Below, in pieces: positions 26,658 to 33,569 of a DNA stretch of 33,569 nucleotides. Source of the stretch: Promethearchaeota archaeon (GTDB taxonomy: Archaea > Asgardarchaeota > Lokiarchaeia > Sigyniarchaeales > SOKP01); assembly GCA_011364975.1 (NCBI GenBank), contig RDOE01000035.1, forward strand, positions 1-33,569, read 5' to 3'. Within the stretch, counting starts at the first letter, position 1. Each line of letters opens with the position of its first letter. A program made the translations under genes and the position numbers. The notes under the pieces are model-generated. The model saw only the letters and a list, made by a program, of their open reading frames with translations. It did not search any database and was not told the origin of the DNA.

Positions 26658-27299
26658 TTATTTGCATAATTGTTGTACTTTTTGTACTGCTTCTATTGCG
26701 TCATCTGCATGTGCATCAGCCCCGATTTGGTCTGCCCACTCTTCTGTGGTGGGAGCGCCCCCTACAATTACTTTATATTTCTCCCTTAAGCCTCTCTTTT
26801 TTAATTCCTCAATTACTTGTTTTTGAAAATCCATTGACATCGTTAATAAAGAAGAAAGACCAATAATATTTGCCCCTACTTCTTCCGCTTTTGAAATAAA
26901 TTGATCAGCTGTCACTTCAACACCTAAATTATAAACTTCAAAACCATTTGAAAATAGAAAGGATGCAACAAGGTCCTTTCCAATACTATGGACATCACTT
27001 TCTACAGTCCCTATTACTACTTTTCCTAAAGATTTCTTCTCTCCACCTGAAGCTCTAATAGCAGGATCTAATACTTCATTAATTGCTTTCTTTACTACTT
27101 CTGCAGAGCCTATTAAGTCTGGCAAAAAAATTTCTTCACTCTCAAACTGATCTCCAATAAATTTCATAACTTTTCCGATTATCTTTAATAATTCTTCAGC
27201 AGTAGCTTCTTTGTTCTCTAAAGTAGAGAGACATAATTTAATTAATCCTTCTTCATCCCATTCAACAATAAGATTTTTCACTTTTTCTTCTAAAGCCAT
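26658..27299 (-). CDS. Cobalamin-binding corrinoid protein (MttC/MtgC-like)
   Basis: N-terminal cap (IG..FE..EIFLPDL), DVHSIGK (DxHxxG), GLSSLLT, VIVGGAP, WADQIGAD. Confidence 0.94.
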   Translation of the reverse strand: MALEEKVKNLIVEWDEEGLIKLCLSTLENKEATAEELLKIIGKVMKFIGDQFESEEIFLPDLIGSAEVVKKAINEVLDPAIRASGGEKKSLGKVVIGTVESDVHSIGKDLVASFLFSNGFEVYNLGVEVTADQFISKAEEVGANIIGLSSLLTMSMDFQKQVIEELKKRGLREKYKVIVGGAPTTEEWADQIGADAHADDAIEAVQKVQQLCK

Positions 27300-27366
27300 T
27301 TTCTTCTCTCTAAATAAATTTCGAAATATAATTTTAATTTAGTACTACTCAGTATAAAAGAAAAAG

Positions 27367-27386
27367 TTTATCAAAAAATTGATAAA
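27367..27386. promoter_or_regulatory. Candidate operator, perfect 8-4-8 inverted repeat TTTATCAA-AAAA-TTGATAAA
   Basis: Sits near the middle of the 142-bp divergent intergenic region between the corrinoid gene and mttB paralog 2; AT-rich, so chance is not excluded. Confidence 0.35.
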
Positions 27387-27441
27387 TAAATGACTTCTTG
27401 TTAGTAAATATTGAAACTGATTTTTATAATATGATTTTAGA

Positions 27442-28950
27442 ATGAATTTAAGCAAAATAGAACTATTTTCTAAAGAAGAAATTGAACAGATTCATCAAGC
27501 ATCAATAGAGTTATTAAAGGATGTTGGAGTAAAGATTGAGTCTGAAGAAGCATTAAATTTATTGAAAAATCATGGCGTTATTGTGGATTTAAAAACAAAA
27601 TTTGCTAAATTTCCAGAAGAGTTGATAAAAAATCAATTAAATCATGTCCCAAATTCCTTTAAATTGTATGGGAGAGATGGGTCCTTTCAGTTTGAAGTAA
27701 ACACAACTAGCACCCAATTTGCCACCGTTGGCACACCTGTAAAGATTTATGATCCCTCTGATAAAAAGAAAGTACGAAAGACAGTTCTTGCTGATACTAT
27801 TAGTCAGATACGTATCGTTGATAGTTTGAAAAACATTATGTGTTCTCATGTGGATGTGTGGCCAAATGATGTTCCCTATCTAGAAACTCATTATCATGCA
27901 ATAAGAGCATGGGCTGAAAATAGTTTAAAACCATATGGTCTGGGATGTTATGGAAGACTAGCAAGCACTGATATGATGAAGTTAACATCAATCGTAGTTG
28001 GTGGAGAAGAGGAGTTAAAGAGACACCCAAGATTGATTGGATTTTTCAATCCTACTAGCCCATTAACACTCACAAAAATAATGTTAAACGGCCTTTTTGT
28101 TTTTGCTGAATGGAATCAGCCTACCATTATTGCACCAGCTGCAAGTGCAGGTTCAACTGCCCCTGTAACTTTGGCAGGGTTACTTGTCCAAACTAATGCA
28201 GAAGTACTTTCTTCTATAGTATTAACCCAATTAATAAAGCAAGGTACTCCTGTATTTTATTCTACTATGAATTGCCCTATGGATCCCCCAACTGGCAATG
28301 TTGCGTGGGGATCAGTTGAAACTGGGTTAATCACCGCAGCAGTGGCTCAGATGGCACATTATTATAACATCCCTTCTCGAGGTCCAGGTGCAGTTACAGA
28401 ATCTAAATGTTTTGATATCCAAAATGGCTTTGAACGTTTTATGACATTATATTATGCTGCCAATTCAGGTATTAATTATATAACATGTGCCGGAACATAT
28501 GAATCATCATTAGCAGAAGCCTTAGAGTTATTGGTCATCGATGATGAATTAATAGATATAATGAAGCGGGGGATGGAAGGAATCAGGGTAAATGATGAAA
28601 CCTTGGCTAAAGAAGAAATTAAACGGGTAATTACTGAAGGAAAAAATTATTTAATGTTAAAACACACTGCTAAAAATACAAGAAAAGAGATCTTTGTTCC
28701 AAAGCTAGTAGATAGAGAACGGAGAGGTATTTGGATACGAAATGGATCTAAAGATATTGTAATGCGAGCAGGAGAGAAAGTAAATGAAATTTTAAGTAAA
28801 CAAAAAGGACTTGGGATCACTATAGATGAAGATAAAAAATTTCAGGAATTCTTCAAAATTATTTCAGCGAGGAGTTATGATGATTTCCGTAAAGCTGAGG
28901 GAATGGATGAATTAGATTCAACTTCTGGATTATCTGGAGTGGAGGGATAA
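27442..28950 (+). CDS. mttB: MttB-superfamily corrinoid methyltransferase, pyrrolysine-free (paralog 2)
   Basis: Same motifs as paralog 1 (NPTSPL, STAPVTLAG, YNIPSRGPG, ESK.FD.Q.GFE, INYITCAGTYE); no in-frame TAG. Confidence 0.92.
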   Translation: MNLSKIELFSKEEIEQIHQASIELLKDVGVKIESEEALNLLKNHGVIVDLKTKFAKFPEELIKNQLNHVPNSFKLYGRDGSFQFEVNTTSTQFATVGTPVKIYDPSDKKKVRKTVLADTISQIRIVDSLKNIMCSHVDVWPNDVPYLETHYHAIRAWAENSLKPYGLGCYGRLASTDMMKLTSIVVGGEEELKRHPRLIGFFNPTSPLTLTKIMLNGLFVFAEWNQPTIIAPAASAGSTAPVTLAGLLVQTNAEVLSSIVLTQLIKQGTPVFYSTMNCPMDPPTGNVAWGSVETGLITAAVAQMAHYYNIPSRGPGAVTESKCFDIQNGFERFMTLYYAANSGINYITCAGTYESSLAEALELLVIDDELIDIMKRGMEGIRVNDETLAKEEIKRVITEGKNYLMLKHTAKNTRKEIFVPKLVDRERRGIWIRNGSKDIVMRAGEKVNEILSKQKGLGITIDEDKKFQEFFKIISARSYDDFRKAEGMDELDSTSGLSGVEG

Positions 28951-30234
28951 GTGATGGAAGAAAAAGAAAGAAAAACACAAGATCAGATTAATAAAGAATT
29001 AAGAGAAGAATGGGACAAATTAGAGTTTGCTACACAAGAAGTAAGAGCCGGAGAGGATCCCTATCCAAGCACCAATAATAGTTTGAGAGTTCCTATTTAT
29101 GCTACTAAATCTTATGTCTATCCTACGATGACTGATATGCTTAAACATCATTATTTTTATTCAAGAACTGAAAATCCTACTCTATATGCTTTAGATAAGA
29201 AACTAGCAACTTTACATGAAGGTGAGGATGCTATATCAGTAGCATCAGGAATGGGGGCAATACATCTTGCTTGTTCAAGTATCCTTCAAAAACGATTGAA
29301 GCGTATAAAGCCACATAAAATAGGAAAGTTTCTTCCTCAGACTAACTCTGAGAAGATTCCAAACTTCGTTGTTCATAAAAATCAATATACTGGAACATAT
29401 CGTTTATTTTTAAATCTATACCCCCAAATGGGTTTTATGCCTCGTATTGTCGATTTACGAGATATAAATGCTTTAAAAAAGGCAATAGATTCTGATACAA
29501 GATTTATATTTTTTGAAACTCCGGCAAATCCATCAATTGATGTAATCGATATTGAAAAATGTGCAGACTTGATACATGAAGTAAACGGAAAATGTATTGT
29601 AGATAATACTTTTGCAAGTCCAGCGTTGCAAAAACCATTACAATTAGGTGCAGATATAGTAATCGAAAGCTTAACAAAGTATATTAATGGGCATGGAGAC
29701 GCAATGGGTGGGGTAATTGTCGGTCCTAAAAATGATCTCCTCAATATTAGATATTTTTGGTTAGAGTTAGAGGGCCAAGTAATGAGTCCTTTTAGTGCTT
29801 GGCTCATTTTAAGAGGTTGTAGAACTCTAAGCATTCGAATGGATAAACATTCCTCGACTGCAATGCAAATCGCTGAATTTTTGGAGAATCACCCAAAAGT
29901 AGCTAAAGTGATTTATCCTGGATTAAATTCGCATCCTGCTCACGAAGTTGCTAAAAAGCAAATGAGCAATTTTGGAGGGATGATTGGGTTTGAACTAAAT
30001 TCTATGGAAGAAAGTTATAGCTTTATTGATAATTTAAAAACGATAAAAATAGGCGTTTCTTTAGGCGATACAACATCTTTAATGGAATACACTTCGATTA
30101 TGACAGGAATCGATTTAGCATCTTGGGAAAAAAAATTGATGGAAATGTCTGATACACATTTTCGTTTTTCTGTTGGTTTAGAAGATCCCCAAGATTTAAT
30201 TATAGATTTAGAACAAGCGCTAAATAAAATATAA
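28951..30234 (+). CDS. PLP-dependent trans-sulfuration family enzyme (methionine gamma-lyase/cystathionine gamma-lyase/synthase-like), divergent
   Basis: YSR.ENPT, ASGMGAI, ETPANP, VDNTFASP, ESLTKYINGHGD (PLP Lys), RG..TL..RM..H, VSLG, R.SVGLED. Confidence 0.9.
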   Translation: MMEEKERKTQDQINKELREEWDKLEFATQEVRAGEDPYPSTNNSLRVPIYATKSYVYPTMTDMLKHHYFYSRTENPTLYALDKKLATLHEGEDAISVASGMGAIHLACSSILQKRLKRIKPHKIGKFLPQTNSEKIPNFVVHKNQYTGTYRLFLNLYPQMGFMPRIVDLRDINALKKAIDSDTRFIFFETPANPSIDVIDIEKCADLIHEVNGKCIVDNTFASPALQKPLQLGADIVIESLTKYINGHGDAMGGVIVGPKNDLLNIRYFWLELEGQVMSPFSAWLILRGCRTLSIRMDKHSSTAMQIAEFLENHPKVAKVIYPGLNSHPAHEVAKKQMSNFGGMIGFELNSMEESYSFIDNLKTIKIGVSLGDTTSLMEYTSIMTGIDLASWEKKLMEMSDTHFRFSVGLEDPQDLIIDLEQALNKI

Positions 30235-30246
30235 AAAAATAGAAAT

Positions 30247-31611
30247 TTAAGCAGATTTAACTTTATCCATTTTCTCTTGATGAAGCTCCTTAAGTTTCAC
30301 CTTCATCTCAAGTACCTTTTGCTTTGTAAAAGGAAAGAAATACAAACTTATCAAAGATACTCCTAAGGCTATACCCGGAACCCATACAAACAAAAATCGT
30401 AATCCGAACTCAACATTTGGGATGTTTGGAACATATTCTTCCCAACCAGTCTGAGTAAAGACTATGCCAACTATTATTATTGATAGAATCATTGATAATC
30501 TCATAAAGAAGTTTGCAATCCCGAAGAAAATCCCTTCTCGCCTAACACCAGTTTTCAACTCATCATCATCAATAACATCCGCGACGATGTACCAAATAAA
30601 GTAAAGCATTCCTCCAAAGCCAATCCCCATGAAAATTACAACTATAATTGCATCTATATATGAGGAAATGAATAACATTGGCAAAGAAGCAATGAAATAT
30701 AAAATAACTGATAAGCCATATCCGATTCGACTACCCAATTTAATGTCAAGTTTTTTCCATAGAAACATAGTGACAATTCCAACAATATAAAGAAGACCCA
30801 TCAAGATAGAAGTTTCAAATGAGCTCGTAGTCCCTAAAATCTCCGCTGAGAATAATGGAACGATTGTAGCCAATAATAAAAGGATGAACTCATATAAGAA
30901 AAACATTATAATATAGAGTACAAATCCCTTATTTCTAAATGTATAACCTAATGCTTTAATATAAGAAAATTGTTTTTGATAATCAAGTTTAAATTCTTCT
31001 CGTTCTTTAGCGCCCCATATTAAGAAAATTATTAAGGAAACTCCCACAATAATCGTCGTAGCAATGCCATTCAATAAATACCCCTCTCTTACATTAGTTT
31101 CTCCAATAAATATTCCTGGTATCAAAGCTGCTAGTATTAATCCTACAGCGGCAAAAATCTGTCTTATAGTGTTCACTTGTGTTCGTTCTTCGACAGATGT
31201 GTAAAGCTCGGGGAAAAGAGAGTCAGTAGGAAGAGCAATGAGAGTATAAGCAGTGTCGTAAAGTAATAACATTATCAAAAGATAATAGAATTGGGTTATT
31301 TCTCCACTTAAAGGTGGGAGCCAAATTAAAATTTCCAACGCCAAAACAGGAATAAAACCTATCATGATATATATTCGACGACGACCAAACCTTGAATGCG
31401 TTCTATCTGAGAGGTAACCAATCAAAGGATCATTGAAAGCATTCCAAATAGTCCATATGATATATGCCGTCATTATATAGCCTATACTCAATTTAACAGC
31501 AGAAAAATAAAATGTAAACACCCAAAGGTTAAACGCACTGTTGATGAACCACTCTACACCATTGCCTAATGAAAATGCATATTTTTGACTTTTACTAAAT
31601 CGCATACTCAT
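30247..31611 (-). CDS. MFS transporter, glycoside-pentoside-hexuronide (MelB/GPH-like) family
   Basis: WNAFNDPLIGYLSDRT.SRFGRRR, ER, ADVIDDDELKTGVRREG motifs; about 12 TM. Confidence 0.9.
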   Translation of the reverse strand: MSMRFSKSQKYAFSLGNGVEWFINSAFNLWVFTFYFSAVKLSIGYIMTAYIIWTIWNAFNDPLIGYLSDRTHSRFGRRRIYIMIGFIPVLALEILIWLPPLSGEITQFYYLLIMLLLYDTAYTLIALPTDSLFPELYTSVEERTQVNTIRQIFAAVGLILAALIPGIFIGETNVREGYLLNGIATTIIVGVSLIIFLIWGAKEREEFKLDYQKQFSYIKALGYTFRNKGFVLYIIMFFLYEFILLLLATIVPLFSAEILGTTSSFETSILMGLLYIVGIVTMFLWKKLDIKLGSRIGYGLSVILYFIASLPMLFISSYIDAIIVVIFMGIGFGGMLYFIWYIVADVIDDDELKTGVRREGIFFGIANFFMRLSMILSIIIVGIVFTQTGWEEYVPNIPNVEFGLRFLFVWVPGIALGVSLISLYFFPFTKQKVLEMKVKLKELHQEKMDKVKSA

Positions 31612-31729
31612 TCTAATTCACTTAAGATTGAAAAAATTAATAATTAGCATTAAGAATCTTTTTTAATATTTAAATGGATATAGTTAAGATTAGAAGCCTA
31701 TAAATATGAAAGAGGAAAAGAATCTAGGC

Positions 31730-31942
31730 TTATTCTCTTGAATACTTTTCTATAATATATTGTTGAAGTGACCATACGTATTTTTCAAGATTAAGAATGA
31801 GGATGTTCTGTTGGAGTTCTCTTAAATAGGATACATCTAAATCATCGAAAAGACTTTTTAAATGATCAATAATATTGAATATATTCACGATGATATTCCA
31901 ATCGTGCGCCCATTCCTTATCTTGAACAACAACTTGTTCCAT
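31730..31942 (-). CDS. Small hypothetical helical protein (70 aa)
   Basis: ATG start with GGGGGA SD-like sequence upstream, fills an intergenic gap, co-oriented with its neighbours, amphipathic pattern. Confidence 0.65.
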   Translation of the reverse strand: MEQVVVQDKEWAHDWNIIVNIFNIIDHLKSLFDDLDVSYLRELQQNILILNLEKYVWSLQQYIIEKYSRE

Positions 31943-32051
31943 TCTTTTGATCCCCCATTATCTGCTTTAAACTATTTAATATTTATTTATCTAAGATTCC
32001 TATAAAGTTCTAGATTAAAAAATGTTTAGATTATTTCAAATTAGTAATTTT

Positions 32052-33194
32052 TTATAAATATAATTCAAAATTCTGTTCTATAATCTCTTTTGTATCCTTG
32101 AATTCCGAAATATTAATTATTCGATTTAAATCCTGAATTTCAGTTAATTCACGTATATAAGTATTTTTAAAATTAATTGAAAATTTTTTAATGAGATCTT
32201 CAATAATACTATTTTTTCTATTAGTTATTACAACTACTGCATACCCGTAATCATCCTCATACTTAACTACTATTTCAGTGCTTTTAGTTTGAATTAAATC
32301 TATTTTATCAGTCTTATCGATAAATTCACTGAGAATATGATTTAATCCAATCAAAATATTACCCCAGATTGCAGCATCTGTCTCAAATTTTCTCCCAAAA
32401 TTATAAGTATATAACATAACTCCGGATTTATGATATATATTAATAGAATAGATTTCGTTAGGTAGTATAAAGAACATTTCAGGCTCTTTAATGAGCATTA
32501 TATATAAGCCAAAAATAGTAATCCATAATAATATGATATCTAATTCTCTAAAAATAGTCAATTGAAAAATTATGTAAGAGATAAACATCAGTATAGGTAT
32601 TAAAAAGATGAAGGAATTAATTAGCAGAGGAAAAATTCTTTCCTTTTTTCTTGTTCTTAAATAAATCATCATTGAATTATAGATAAAATAAATTGAAATA
32701 AAGCTATACAAAATAATTATGATTAATCCAGTAACGATATTAAAGAGATAATGAATATTTGAGGGTGCAATAATTGTAAAAGAATTAGGAATCGGTAAGG
32801 CGTATTCAATTACAACAGAGTTTGGAATTACTAATATACCGATTAATAAACCATATAAAACTGAAAGTAAAATAAATGGACCAAGTGGAATTTTTTTGTA
32901 TTCCCTAAAAAAATAATAAATGACAAGGGTTAATGTTACAGAAACGAAACCACTTATTATTGAAAGTTTCCATAATAGGAGATTTATCTCCAATGAGAAA
33001 AAAAAGACAACGGAACACATGAATAAGGATGAATAAATGAATCCAAAGTTAAGAATAATTACTGAAATTAAAAAAGCAATTAATTCTGTTCCATACCTCT
33101 TTCTATTCTTATAAACGTAAAGCATAGTTATACCACTCAACAAAAAGAACAAAATATATCCTGTTATGAGGGAAATTGAAGTTATATTTAGCAT
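32052..33194 (-). CDS. 7TM membrane protein with C-terminal longin/roadblock-like cytoplasmic domain
   Basis: About 7 hydrophobic segments, then IYSINIYHKSGVMLYTYNF, a helix, three strands and helices (F...F...Y), matching longin topology. Confidence 0.68.
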   Translation of the reverse strand: MLNITSISLITGYILFFLLSGITMLYVYKNRKRYGTELIAFLISVIILNFGFIYSSLFMCSVVFFFSLEINLLLWKLSIISGFVSVTLTLVIYYFFREYKKIPLGPFILLSVLYGLLIGILVIPNSVVIEYALPIPNSFTIIAPSNIHYLFNIVTGLIIIILYSFISIYFIYNSMMIYLRTRKKERIFPLLINSFIFLIPILMFISYIIFQLTIFRELDIILLWITIFGLYIMLIKEPEMFFILPNEIYSINIYHKSGVMLYTYNFGRKFETDAAIWGNILIGLNHILSEFIDKTDKIDLIQTKSTEIVVKYEDDYGYAVVVITNRKNSIIEDLIKKFSINFKNTYIRELTEIQDLNRIINISEFKDTKEIIEQNFELYL

Positions 33195-33276
33195 TGGGAA
33201 TTCCTTTATTAACTTTTAGTTTACTTTTTTCTACTAATCCAAATGATATTATATTTTAAATATAGCTAAATTTTAA

Positions 33277-33569
33277 TCATGCTAGAATATAATGCTTAAA
33301 ATGGCGATTAATAAATTCTTTTGCATCCTCAAATCCTGAAATATCTATCAATCCATTCAATTTGCTTAGTTTTTCTTTATGTGCTTGAGAAAAGTCATTC
33401 ATAAATGTATTAATTGATTTTTCTAATATTGAATTTTTATGTTTAGCAACCAATTATACTGCAAATCCAAGTTGATTGTCAAAATTAACTACGATAGCTT
33501 TATCCTTCATTTTAATATACGTTAATTGATTTTCAATATTGGACAAATTTGCCATTATATGACTAATTC
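33277..33569 (-). pseudogene. 3' part of a paralog of 32052..33194 (longin-like domain) with an in-frame TAA at 33454-33456; pseudogene or sequence error
   Basis: Manual translation ISHIMANLSNIENQLTYIKMKDKAIVVNFDNQLGFAV*LVAKHKNSILEKSINTF...LIDISGFEDAKEFINRHFKHYILA* aligns with the neighbour's C-terminus on both sides of the stop. Confidence 0.7.

Noticed and set aside
26359-27722. 20-bp inverted repeat as an invertible (phase-variable) segment around the corrinoid gene
   Set aside because: It encodes the same conserved peptide in two paralogs, flanking codons differ synonymously, and no recombinase is nearby.
25113-28950. Pyrrolysine-containing trimethylamine methyltransferases
   Set aside because: Both ORFs are full length with no in-frame TAG; Gly and Val occupy the Pyl position.
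2551-29834. Short ORF-track entries overlapping larger genes (e.g. 2551..2763, 2965..3162, 7350..7637, 7683..8042, 8836..9141, 14957..15157, 19107..19540, 22833..23066, 23764..23952, 27637..28030, 29382..29834)
   Set aside because: Antisense or off-frame shadows of well-supported genes, with no recognisable motifs.
22239-33569. Integrated element or genomic island at tRNA-Leu
   Set aside because: I saw no integrase, transposase, phage genes or duplicated tRNA 3' end on either side within the window.
1-33569. CRISPR arrays, rRNA, tandem repeats, IS elements
   Set aside because: None seen; the window is densely coding with short AT-rich spacers.

Overview
AT-rich archaeal window, most consistent with an Asgard (Lokiarchaeia/Promethearchaeia-like) genome, judged from a gelsolin+domain-X protein, tandem 7TM-longin-like proteins, a SelB-like protein and an archaeal-type tRNA-Leu. 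Bases 1-12.7 kb form an isoprenoid/lipid supercluster. It encodes the 'archaeal' (Aeropyrum-type, trans-anhydromevalonate-5-phosphate) mevalonate pathway except thiolase: HMG-CoA synthase with a C-terminal DUF35-like Zn-ribbon/OB extension, class II HMG-CoA reductase, UbiD-family decarboxylase, two-subunit AcnX dehydratase, a trypanosomatid-like mevalonate kinase, an IPK-IDI2 fusion and UbiX. These are flanked by cis- and trans-prenyltransferases and a geranylgeranyl reductase. The middle holds an HD hydrolase, a 7TM protein, a GH38 alpha-mannosidase, an AlkP-superfamily enzyme, a SelB-like protein, an orphan DNA methyltransferase, tRNA-Leu(CAG), an alpha/beta hydrolase, GelX, an unannotated 50-aa tail-anchored ORF and a DedA/VTT protein. 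At 25.1-31.6 kb a divergent module pairs two pyrrolysine-free MttB-superfamily methyltransferases and a corrinoid protein with an atypical PLP gamma-lyase and an MFS transporter; this is the best candidate for an undescribed catabolic system. All family calls come from motif recognition by eye; no searches were run.
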